From Gemmatimonadota bacterium (GTDB lineage: Bacteria > Gemmatimonadota > Gemmatimonadetes > Palauibacterales > KS3-K002), in contig JBDHKT010000001.1 of the NCBI GenBank assembly GCA_039586255.1, forward strand, positions 1 through 30,917: 30,917 nucleotides of DNA. Direction: 5' to 3'. Shown piece by piece: positions 9,261 through 18,015 of this stretch. The stretch's first letter is position 1, and each line of letters starts with the position of its first letter. The notes beneath the pieces were generated by a model. It was not told the DNA's origin and did no database searches. It worked only from the letters and a program-made list of their open reading frames with translations. A program made the translations under genes and the position numbers.

Positions 9261-10040
9261 ATGAGTATCTGGAGCAGGTTGTCCACGATGGTCCGGTCGA
9301 ATCTGAACGACCTGATCGCTCGGGCGGAGAATCCCGAGAAGATGCTTCACCAGATCATCGACGATATGCGCTCGCAGCTGGCGCAGGCGAAGCAGGAAGT
9401 CGCCGTCGCCATCGCGGACGAGCGTAAACTCCGGCGGCAGGTGCAGGACGAGCGGGACCAGACCGCCGATTGGGAACGGCGAGCCAAGCTGGCACTGCGT
9501 GAGGGCAGGGATGATTTGGCGCGGCAGGCCTTGCTGCGCAGCAAGGAGCACGGCGTGCACGCGGGCACGTTGGAGGAGCAGTGGCGGGGCCACGCTTCCG
9601 AGACGGAGAAGCTGAAGGACACGCTGCGGCAGTTGAGCAGCAAGATCGAAGAGGCGAAACGCAAGCGTAACCTGCTGATCGCTCGTCAGAAGCGTGCCGC
9701 GGCACAGAAACGAATCCACGAGACTCTCACGGGGCTTGCCGACCGCAGCTCGTTCGAGGCGTTCGACCGGATGGCCGAGCGCATCGAGGAGACGGAGGTT
9801 CGGGCGCTGGCCGCCGCCGAGGTGGACGAGGAGTTGGGCGGTGATGACCTGGAGCGGCAGTTCAAGCGGCTCGAGGGCGGCGACATCGATGTGGAGCGCC
9901 AGCTCGAGGCGTTGAAGGAGGAGATGGGCCTGCTGCCGGCGGCCGAAGAGGTCCACACGGAAGGCGAGGTCCGCGAAGCCGAGATAATCGAGGAGGAGCC
10001 CGAGCCCGAGCACGAGCCCGAGGAGGAACAAGCTGGCTGA
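9261..10040 (+). CDS. pspA: PspA/IM30/Vipp1 family (ESCRT-III-like) protein
   Basis: MSIWSRLSTMVRSNLNDLI..AENPEKML.Q.I.DM, AL..GR.DLAR.AL, AF.RM.E.IE motifs and long coiled coils. Confidence 0.95.
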   Translation: MSIWSRLSTMVRSNLNDLIARAENPEKMLHQIIDDMRSQLAQAKQEVAVAIADERKLRRQVQDERDQTADWERRAKLALREGRDDLARQALLRSKEHGVHAGTLEEQWRGHASETEKLKDTLRQLSSKIEEAKRKRNLLIARQKRAAAQKRIHETLTGLADRSSFEAFDRMAERIEETEVRALAAAEVDEELGGDDLERQFKRLEGGDIDVERQLEALKEEMGLLPAAEEVHTEGEVREAEIIEEEPEPEHEPEEEQAG

Positions 10041-11223
10041 TACGAACTCCGGTTTCAGCCCCCGTCAGGCCTACGGCGTACTGGCGACGACGGTCTTCGT
10101 CGTCCTCCTCCTCCTCTTCGTCAATAGCGTCGCCGATCTCCTTCTGCTTCTCTTCGTCTCGGCGCTGTTCGCTGTCTACCTCGGTGCTTTCACCGACCTG
10201 GTCACCGGGCGTTTCGCGGTGGCGCGCGGGTTCGGCGTCGTCGTCGCTCTGCTCGGGACGCTCTTGATGATCGGGCTCGTTGGCCTTCTGATCGTTCCTC
10301 CAGTCGTCAATCAGTTCCAGGCCCTGCTCGGCGAGCTGCCGGGCCGTTTGGACGAGATCCAGGAGCAGCTCACGCAGTTGGCCCAAGAGGAGGACAGCCT
10401 GCTGGGCCGCCTGTTCGGCCCACTCGGCGGGGGCGCCGAGGGCGGTGGTGATATCGGTGAGCGGGTGTTCGAGCAGGCCAGGGACTTCTTCAGCGACGTC
10501 GTTCCGTACATCTTTTCCGGGATCGGCGTTGCTATTCATCTGGTGTCCGTGCTGATCATGGGCATCTACATGGCAGTGAAGCCGTCGGTATATCGGGAAG
10601 GGCTGATCGCGCTCATCCCGCCGACGTACCGGGAGCTGGCGCGTGACATCCTCGCCGATCTAGGGCACACGATTCGGTCCTGGCTGGTGGGCTTGGGTAT
10701 CTCGATGGTGGTGCTGGGCTCGCTGACCTGGGTGGGCCTCGTCCTCCTCGACGTTCCCTATTCCCTCGCCTTCGGTGTCTTCACCGGTATCGCGGTCATC
10801 GTGCCGTTCTTCGGCACGATCCTCTCGACGCTGCTGCCGGCCCTGTTCGTGATCGGCACGGGCGGCGTCACCAAGGCGCTGCTGGTGATCCTGCTCGGTG
10901 TGATCGTTCATATCTTCGAGGCCAACGTTGTCGCGCCGATGGTCTTCGAGAAGCAGGTCGAACTGCCGCCGGTCCTAACGATCCTCTCCGTTCTGGTTAT
11001 GGCCAAGCTACTCGGGGTCGTGGGCCTGCTGGTTGCGGTCCCGGTACTGGCCAGCGCGATGGTACTCGTGCGGCGGATCTTCGTACACCGCATCCTGGAG
11101 GGGAAGGGCTTCCATCGAATTGTGAAGGACGCCCCCGCCATCATCAGCTTGCCCACGGGAGACGGCGTACTCGTGCATCCGTCCGCGTCTGAAGTAAGCA
11201 TCCCGGCCCTCCTCGAAGGTTGA
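10033..11223 (+). CDS. AI-2E (PerM) family transporter; start extended to CTG 10033
   Basis: Multi-TM protein with VPFFGTILS, EANVVAP.VF and LPPVL motifs. The frame stays open with two further TM helices back to CTG 10033, which has AGGAGG 6 nt upstream. Confidence 0.88.
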   Translation: MADTNSGFSPRQAYGVLATTVFVVLLLLFVNSVADLLLLLFVSALFAVYLGAFTDLVTGRFAVARGFGVVVALLGTLLMIGLVGLLIVPPVVNQFQALLGELPGRLDEIQEQLTQLAQEEDSLLGRLFGPLGGGAEGGGDIGERVFEQARDFFSDVVPYIFSGIGVAIHLVSVLIMGIYMAVKPSVYREGLIALIPPTYRELARDILADLGHTIRSWLVGLGISMVVLGSLTWVGLVLLDVPYSLAFGVFTGIAVIVPFFGTILSTLLPALFVIGTGGVTKALLVILLGVIVHIFEANVVAPMVFEKQVELPPVLTILSVLVMAKLLGVVGLLVAVPVLASAMVLVRRIFVHRILEGKGFHRIVKDAPAIISLPTGDGVLVHPSASEVSIPALLEG

Positions 11224-11603
11224 TCGTCGGAATCGGAATAGACCTGGTCGAAACGCAGCGCGTGCGACATGCTCTAGCGCGTCACGGCGAGCGTGCGCGC
11301 CGGCGGCTGTTCAGCGCACGCGAGCTTGCCGACTGCGAGGAGCGGGCGGATGCCGGCGAGTGTCTGGCCGCCCGATTCGCCGCCAAGGAAGCTGCGCTGA
11401 AGGCGCTGGGAACGGGGAAGCTCCCCACAATTCGCTGGACCGACTTGGAGGTGTTCCGCTCCGGAGCTGGACGCCCGCAGCTCGAGCTCGGCGGGGAAGC
11501 GCGCGCGCAGGCGGAGCGCTTGGGTGCCACGAAGGTGTGGGTCAGCATGAGCCACGAGGCCGGGCTGGCCTGCGCGGTCGTAGTGCTGGAATGCGAGGTG
11601 TGA
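11220..11603 (+). CDS. acpS: Holo-[acyl-carrier-protein] synthase
   Basis: MIVGIGIDLVE, LAARFAAKEA..KALGTG and VSMSHE motifs; TTGA start/stop overlap with the upstream gene. Confidence 0.95.
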   Translation: MIVGIGIDLVETQRVRHALARHGERARRRLFSARELADCEERADAGECLAARFAAKEAALKALGTGKLPTIRWTDLEVFRSGAGRPQLELGGEARAQAERLGATKVWVSMSHEAGLACAVVVLECEV

Positions 11604-11615
11604 GGGTCGTAGTCC

Positions 11616-12350
11616 TCAGGTCCTGAGCAGTTTCCCACCGTCTACGACGATAGTCTCACCCGTGATGTAGCTGGACCCGACCAGGAAGAGTACGGCCTGG
11701 ACGACATCCTCCGGTCTGCCCAGCCGCTTTAGCGCGGTCAACTCGGCAAGTCTTTCTCGCTCGTCGGCAGAGGCGTCGTCCGGTGGCAGCACCGGCCCCG
11801 GCGCGAGCGCGTTCACTCGCACCTCCGGCGCTAGCGCCCGTGCCAGCACGCGGGTCACCATCACGAGTCCCGCCTTCGAGACGCAGTAGTGTGCGTAGCC
11901 CGGCCAGGCCTGGAACGCTGCAACGTCGGCGATGTTGACGATGGACCCTGCGTCCGTACGCTTCATCAAACGTGCCGCATGTTGGCTGCAGAAGAACGGC
12001 GCCCGCAGGTTTAGGTTAAGCACGCGGTCCCATTCCTCCGGCGTGATCTGCGTGGCAGGGACCCCGGCGAAGATCGCCGCGTTGTTCACCAGGATATCGA
12101 GCTGGCCGAAGGAGTTCTCGAGCTCTGCAAACAGTCGGTCTATCTGACTCGGATCGCCGAGGTCGGCCTGGAAAGTCTCTGCATCCACCCCGTGCGCCTG
12201 GCACTCGCGGACGGCGTCGCCGGCTTCTGCGGGCGAAGCGTGGTGGTGGATGGCGATGGCACACCCGGCCTCTGCGAGGGCGCGCGCTATCGACCGCCCG
12301 AGCCGGCGCGCTGACCCGGTAACCAGCGCCACACGTCCCTTCAACTCCAT
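11616..12350 (-). CDS. SDR oxidoreductase, pteridine reductase/FolM-like
   Basis: ALVTGSARRLG cofactor motif (PTR1/FolM style), NNA, catalytic YCVSK, VNALAPG. Confidence 0.85.
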   Translation of the reverse strand: MELKGRVALVTGSARRLGRSIARALAEAGCAIAIHHHASPAEAGDAVRECQAHGVDAETFQADLGDPSQIDRLFAELENSFGQLDILVNNAAIFAGVPATQITPEEWDRVLNLNLRAPFFCSQHAARLMKRTDAGSIVNIADVAAFQAWPGYAHYCVSKAGLVMVTRVLARALAPEVRVNALAPGPVLPPDDASADERERLAELTALKRLGRPEDVVQAVLFLVGSSYITGETIVVDGGKLLRT

Positions 12351-12431
12351 CTGTCCCTCTCCAGCCGTGGGCCTGCGTTCGCGTGAGAGTCCATCAACCT
12401 AGTCGAGCGGCAAATGCGCGGCCAGGCGGTC

Positions 12432-12530
12432 GGCTTGGGGGTCCTCTCGCTTCACCGCTCGCGTGCACCGGCCTAAAGCGCAGCGCCATCGTGCTCGCTC
12501 GCGAGTTTCGCTCGTAGGCCCCCCAGAGCC
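12432..12530. repeat. Imperfect ~100-bp palindromic (REP/MITE-like) structure in the divergent intergenic region
   Basis: Outer stem GGCT-TGGGGG-T-CCT ... AGG-C-CCCCCA-G-AGCC encloses repeated CTCGC/GCTCG motifs and a CGAG-TTTCG-CTCG hairpin. Confidence 0.4.
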
Positions 12531-12684
12531 TCCCTTACTCCAGATCGAGCCAAACCACCTCGCGCGTCTCCGCCCCCGGACCCTGCCTTCTAGCGAACCG
12601 GCCCCGCGCCTCGGTACTATTCGGTGTTGGGTGGGACACCTACCCGGGTGTCCGGTGAGGGGCGCGAAACCATATCTTTGCCTA

Positions 12685-13383
12685 TTGCGTCTGGAGAGCC
12701 TGAGAGCACTAGCTGCGGGCGCGCTGGCCGTCGCTCTGTGCGCGGGGTGTGAAGGCGCCGAGCGAGAGCTGCCGGCGCTGCGTGATGAGCAGCCGGCCGT
12801 CGCCCTCGAGCGGGCGGGACCCTATGCCATCGCCGGCGGTTCCCTCTATCGCAGCGAGGGGGAATCGCTCGTGGCGGTGGCCGTGCTTCCCGGCGCGGGA
12901 GAGTCTGCGGCGGACACTCTGGAGGAGTGCGCCGCGGAGATCCCGGAGCTGGGCAAAGTGCGCTTTCAGCGTCTCGACCTTGCCGCAGACACGGCTTGGG
13001 CGGCTTGGGCGACGAGTGGGCCCGGCGCTTGTGCCGGTGTCGTGGGTCCCGGTGAGCCGGCCGTCCGCGTCCTGGGACGCTGGTCGGGCGCGATGCCGGA
13101 CACAGTGCTCTGGGCGCCGGCAGGTCGCTATCTTGCCATCTGGCTGGGGTGGGCTGCGGGTCGACGCAGTCTCGAGGTCTTCGATGTGCTCGCAGCCGCC
13201 CGCCTGGAGATGCCGTGGGAAGTCGAGTGCGGTTACGCTGAGGCATGCGATGTGGCGCGGGCGGCGTGGCTGGGAGGCACTCTGTTGAACGTGGAGATCC
13301 GTCTGGGGCCGGCCGAGCTCCCGGTACCGTTCGAGGTGAATGTGGCAGCTGTAGTACCCGTGGGATCGGAAGAGGAGATCTGA
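12685..13383 (+). CDS. Hypothetical lipoprotein (possible beta-propeller/TolB-like repeats)
   Basis: TTG 12685 gives MRLESLRALAAGALAVALCAG-C, a clean lipobox. WAPAGRYLA resembles PD40-type W-S-P-D-G repeats. The longer ORF-track start at 12463 is not supported. Confidence 0.65.
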   Translation: MRLESLRALAAGALAVALCAGCEGAERELPALRDEQPAVALERAGPYAIAGGSLYRSEGESLVAVAVLPGAGESAADTLEECAAEIPELGKVRFQRLDLAADTAWAAWATSGPGACAGVVGPGEPAVRVLGRWSGAMPDTVLWAPAGRYLAIWLGWAAGRRSLEVFDVLAAARLEMPWEVECGYAEACDVARAAWLGGTLLNVEIRLGPAELPVPFEVNVAAVVPVGSEEEI

Positions 13384-13385
13384 AG

Positions 13386-13757
13386 ATGGTGGATAGATTC
13401 CTGCGCCGCCGGGTCTGGCGTAAGCTGGAGTCGTTGCCGGACGAGCAGCTCTACCAGGTCCTGGACTATATCGAGTTCCTCGAGGGGAAATACGCCGAAG
13501 AGGCGCCCGAGGAGCCGGACCGGATGCAGAAGTTCGCGGAGGGGATCCAGGACAAACTGCGTGCGCGACGTGCGGCCCCTTGGGCGCTGAAGGGTGTTAT
13601 GGGCGCGCTCAGCATGGTCGATCGTGCGGTGGGCACGGCGGCGAGGACGGCCCGCGGGCTGGCGGACGAGATCGAGAAGGTCGGGCGCAAAGGGGACAAG
13701 GAACTGCCGGACGACGACGACTCCGACGATCGGCCCACCAAGATCGTCGTCGACTAG
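13386..13757 (+). CDS. Hypothetical protein with a DUF2281-like N-terminal motif
   Basis: SD GAAGGAG, ATG 13386; KLESLPDEQLYQVLDYIEFLE motif. Confidence 0.65.
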   Translation: MVDRFLRRRVWRKLESLPDEQLYQVLDYIEFLEGKYAEEAPEEPDRMQKFAEGIQDKLRARRAAPWALKGVMGALSMVDRAVGTAARTARGLADEIEKVGRKGDKELPDDDDSDDRPTKIVVD

Positions 13758-13760
13758 GCG

Positions 13761-14135
13761 ATGGCAACACGGGCCAGGATCCGAGATCTGCTCGCCGGGA
13801 TACCCCGGTTCCTCCTGCTGCTCACGCGGTTGCTCCGCGACCCGAGGGTCTCGGGCGCCGACAAGGGGCTGTTGGCGGCGGCCATCGCGTACACGCTGAT
13901 CCCCATCGACCTGATCCCGGACTTCCTGCCGATTATCGGCCAGCTCGACGACCTGTTCGTTCTGGCGCTGGCGATCGACCGGCTGATCACGAATGCCGGG
14001 GCGGAGTTGGTGCTGGCCCATTGGGACGGGCCCGAGGATGTCATCGTCGATCTCTGCGGCAGCCTGGAGGACCTGGCGCGCCGGCTGCCGGCACCGGTAC
14101 GTGAGAGGCTCGCCGAAGGCGCGGAGGCCCGTTGA
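13761..14135 (+). CDS. DUF1232/YkvA family membrane protein
   Basis: AIAYTLIPIDLIPDFLPIIGQLDD signature. Confidence 0.9.
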   Translation: MATRARIRDLLAGIPRFLLLLTRLLRDPRVSGADKGLLAAAIAYTLIPIDLIPDFLPIIGQLDDLFVLALAIDRLITNAGAELVLAHWDGPEDVIVDLCGSLEDLARRLPAPVRERLAEGAEAR

Positions 14136-14161
14136 CACTCTGTTGAGCGGCCGCATATCTT
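14132..14161 (+). promoter_or_regulatory. Putative sigma70 promoter of guaB, TTGACA-N18-TATCTT
   Basis: Perfect -35 at 14132-14137, -10 at 14156-14161. Confidence 0.6.
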
Positions 14162-14192
14162 CAGCCATGGAGCGTGCTGAAGCGAATACACT

Positions 14193-14225
14193 GCCCGGGT
14201 GCGCGGGAAGTCGCGCGGCCCGGGC
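14193..14225 (+). promoter_or_regulatory. GC-rich stem-loop in the guaB leader
   Basis: GCCCGGG-T-GCGCG-GGAAGT-CGCGC-GG-CCCGGGC followed by TCGTTCTT. Confidence 0.4.
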
Positions 14226-14235
14226 TCGTTCTTAG

Positions 14236-15717
<1,482 letters not shown>

Positions 15718-15734
15718 GCGGACCACCAGATACG

Positions 15735-15763
15735 TTGACCGGCGCAGATAGGGCATCTATCTT
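15735..15763 (+). promoter_or_regulatory. Putative sigma70 promoter TTGACC-N17-TATCTT
   Basis: Lies immediately after guaB, with the same -10 hexamer as the guaB promoter. Confidence 0.55.
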
Positions 15764-15850
15764 CTGTCCGCTAGCTGACCTCTGTGGCCGGCTGGCTCCC
15801 CCCCGCCGCAGCACAGCGTTCGTGGGCGACACAGCCCCTCCGGAGCGGTC

Positions 15851-16288
15851 ATGAGCACATCCTGGCAGGAAGGACGTCAGCGAGAGCGCGTCAGGCTGGT
15901 CGATGCGCAGTTGGCGCACGGTGCAGACACGAGGGCGCACGCCGAGATCGCTCTGGAGTGGAAGGCCGTCGAGTATCGCGGCAGGGCGGAGGGTCATGGA
16001 CGGGGCGCCGTCGACCTGCGGGTCTGTGCGGAGGCGACACTCGATGCGCTGCACAAGCTGCTCGGCGGCCAGATGAGCTTCCGGCTCATAGGGGTGAAAT
16101 CGGTAAAGGCGTTCGACGACTCGGTGGCGATCGTCGCGCTGGGTGTGGTCGATCCGGAGACGGGGGGAGACCGGCGCCTGATCGGGACGGCGCCATCACA
16201 GGAAGGCGGCGTACCTCAGGGTGTTGCGCGTGCAGTCCTCAACGCGACCAACCGCGTCCTGGGGAACTTCCTGTCGACTGGCGAATAG
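15851..16288 (+). CDS. Stand-alone protein resembling the LeuA (2-isopropylmalate synthase) allosteric/dimerisation domain
   Basis: Two internal repeats of beta-beta-G-x-A...A-x-A-T/V-L-D/N-A (AEATLDAL, ARAVLNATNR); SD GGAG. Confidence 0.55.
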   Translation: MSTSWQEGRQRERVRLVDAQLAHGADTRAHAEIALEWKAVEYRGRAEGHGRGAVDLRVCAEATLDALHKLLGGQMSFRLIGVKSVKAFDDSVAIVALGVVDPETGGDRRLIGTAPSQEGGVPQGVARAVLNATNRVLGNFLSTGE

Positions 16289-16352
16289 AACAGGTTGGAG
16301 CGTCAGAGTCTTGGCGTGTCTTTCCCCCCGACCAGTGATTACCTGAGAGCGT

Positions 16353-16461
16353 ATGACTGCTCAGTATCCGCCCTTTGAGCCGCCGCGACGGGTCCTGATG
16401 GGCCCGGGTGCTGCTGGCGATAGCGAGCGCGCTGGACGAGCTAATGGAGGGCAGGGTTTGA
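16353..16461 (+). pseudogene. Remnant of a class-V PLP aminotransferase (alanine-glyoxylate/PucG-like) with almost the whole gene deleted
   Basis: Frame 1 reads MTAQYPPFEPPRRVLMGPG, like the AGT N-terminus. From 16408 the +1 frame reads VLLAIASALDELMEGRV-stop, like the AGT C-terminal helix, and its TGA overlaps the mltD TTG. Confidence 0.55.
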
Positions 16462-17897
16462 GACGGCCGGGCTGGCGGACCATCGAGATCGCAGCGATAG
16501 CGGCGCTGACGGCGGCGTGCGCGACGACGCCCTCCGGGGCAGCCGACCCGCAGCCTACGGTCCACGAGGAAGAGGCTGGCACGTCGGTGGTCGAGGACAG
16601 CCTCAGCCTGTTAATTGCGCAGGTGGAGGAGAGCGCCACGAGCTCGGCCGAGCCCGAGGTCGAGGAGGAAGTCCGGGAGCCAGGCGACGAGCACGGCGGC
16701 GCGGTGAGATCCGGGATCCCGACCTGGGACATCCCGATCACCATGAATGACGACGTCGAACGCTGGCTGGAGTTCTTCCGCGGCGATGGCCGTGAGAACT
16801 TCACGATCTACTTGCAGCGCGCCGGCCGCTACGAACCGATGATGCGCGCGATCTTGCGGGACGCGGGCTTGCCGGAAGACCTGGTCTACATGTCGCTGAT
16901 CGAGAGCGGGTTCAGCCCGCGCGCCTACAGCCGCGCTCGGGCCGTGGGTCTCTGGCAGTTCATCGCCAGCACCGGCCGGCTCTACGACCTGCAGGTCTCC
17001 TACTGGGTGGACGAGCGGCGTGATCCGATCCTCGCCACCAAGGCGGCGGCAGCACACCTGGCAGACCTTTACGCTGAGTTCGGTTCCTGGTACCTGGCCG
17101 CTGCCGCTTACAATGGTGGCCCTGGCCGCGTCCGTCGCTCGATCCAGCGCTCCGGAAGCGATGATTATTGGACGCTCTCGCGGCGCCGCTATCTCAGACG
17201 CGAGACGCGCAACTACGTCCCGAAGCTCATCGCCGCCGCCCTCATCGCGAAACAGCCCGAGCACTACGGGTTCTTCGACATCGAGACGGCGGAGACCATG
17301 GCCTACGATGTCGTGCAGGTGCCCGACGCCACGAGCCTCGACGTGATCGCCGACGCAGCCGGGGTACCGGTCGCCAAGGTAACGGAGTTGAACCCGCAGA
17401 TCCTGCGCGGTGTCACCCCGCCGGGCCAGCGGTACTCGCTTCGTGTTCCGCCCGGCACCGGCCACGACTTCGCGACCCACTACGCACAGGTCGCGCCTAC
17501 CGAGCGAGTCACCTGGGTGCAACATGTCGTGAGACGTGGAGATACGCTGAGCCAGATCGCCGGGCTCTACGGCGTGAGCGTGTCGGCCATCCGCGCCGCG
17601 AACCCGGGCGTTAGGGCCAGACAGCTCCGCATCGGCCAGCGACTGATCATCCCGAGGGCGGGCCGGCTGCCGCGCTACGCTTCCGCGACCACGGTTAACA
17701 GAAGCACACCGGTACAAGTTGAACCGCGCGCGCCGGAAGGTCCGTACATCACTTACCGGGTACAGATGGGCGACAGCCTCTGGGCCATTGCCAAGCGCTA
17801 CGACGTCACGGCACGCGATCTGATGCTGTGGAACGGGCTGACGACCAGTCGGATCTACCCGGGTGATGAAGTACGAATTTACGTGGACACTAATTAG
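16458..17897 (+). CDS. mltD: MltD-like lytic transglycosylase lipoprotein with LysM domains
   Basis: SD GGAGG, TTG 16458, lipobox LTAA-C; IESGF, GLWQF, AAYNGG and ETRNYV motifs; two canonical and one degenerate LysM domain. Confidence 0.9.
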   Translation: MRRPGWRTIEIAAIAALTAACATTPSGAADPQPTVHEEEAGTSVVEDSLSLLIAQVEESATSSAEPEVEEEVREPGDEHGGAVRSGIPTWDIPITMNDDVERWLEFFRGDGRENFTIYLQRAGRYEPMMRAILRDAGLPEDLVYMSLIESGFSPRAYSRARAVGLWQFIASTGRLYDLQVSYWVDERRDPILATKAAAAHLADLYAEFGSWYLAAAAYNGGPGRVRRSIQRSGSDDYWTLSRRRYLRRETRNYVPKLIAAALIAKQPEHYGFFDIETAETMAYDVVQVPDATSLDVIADAAGVPVAKVTELNPQILRGVTPPGQRYSLRVPPGTGHDFATHYAQVAPTERVTWVQHVVRRGDTLSQIAGLYGVSVSAIRAANPGVRARQLRIGQRLIIPRAGRLPRYASATTVNRSTPVQVEPRAPEGPYITYRVQMGDSLWAIAKRYDVTARDLMLWNGLTTSRIYPGDEVRIYVDTN

Positions 17898-18015
17898 ATT
17901 CGGGGATTCGGGGAGTCGGGGAGTCGGGGAAGAAGATCAAAGGGGCGCCACTCTACTCGGTCGGCGCCCCTCTCATATTTTTCCCTAACTCCCCGAATCC
18001 CCGAATCCCTAACTC
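17897..18015. repeat. Inverted tandem octamer repeats flanking a hairpin
   Basis: Left arm (GATTCGGG)2(GAGTCGGG)2 at 17897-17928. Right arm CCCTAACTC-(CCCGAATC)2-CCTAACTC at 17983-18015 is the reverse complement of GAGTTAGG(GATTCGGG)2GAGTTAGGG. Confidence 0.9.
17941..17982. terminator. Probable intrinsic terminator between convergent genes
   Basis: 9-bp stem AGGGGCGCC/GGCGCCCCT with a 13-nt loop, followed by CTCATATTTTT; purine/A-rich on the other side. Confidence 0.6.

Noticed and set aside
9195-10539. 278-aa and 225-aa - strand ORFs over pspA and the AI-2E gene
   Set aside because: Shadows of well-supported + strand genes.
11604-11614. 11-bp GGGTCGTAGTC identical to 8531-8541
   Set aside because: An 11-mer match is expected many times by chance in 31 kb, and this copy lacks the upstream AAAC element.
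12463-12684. N-terminal 74 codons of the 306-aa ORF-track call
   Set aside because: Low-complexity translation of intergenic or palindromic DNA; the lipoprotein signal begins at TTG 12685.
13233-14168. 311-aa - strand ORF
   Set aside because: Antisense to two supported genes; the composition is that of a shadow frame.
16611-17717. 368-aa - strand ORF
   Set aside because: Antisense shadow of mltD with no start signals or motifs.
17897-18015. Possible CRISPR array or tRNA in the repeat region
   Set aside because: Units are 8 nt with no spacers and no cloverleaf; no cas genes are nearby.
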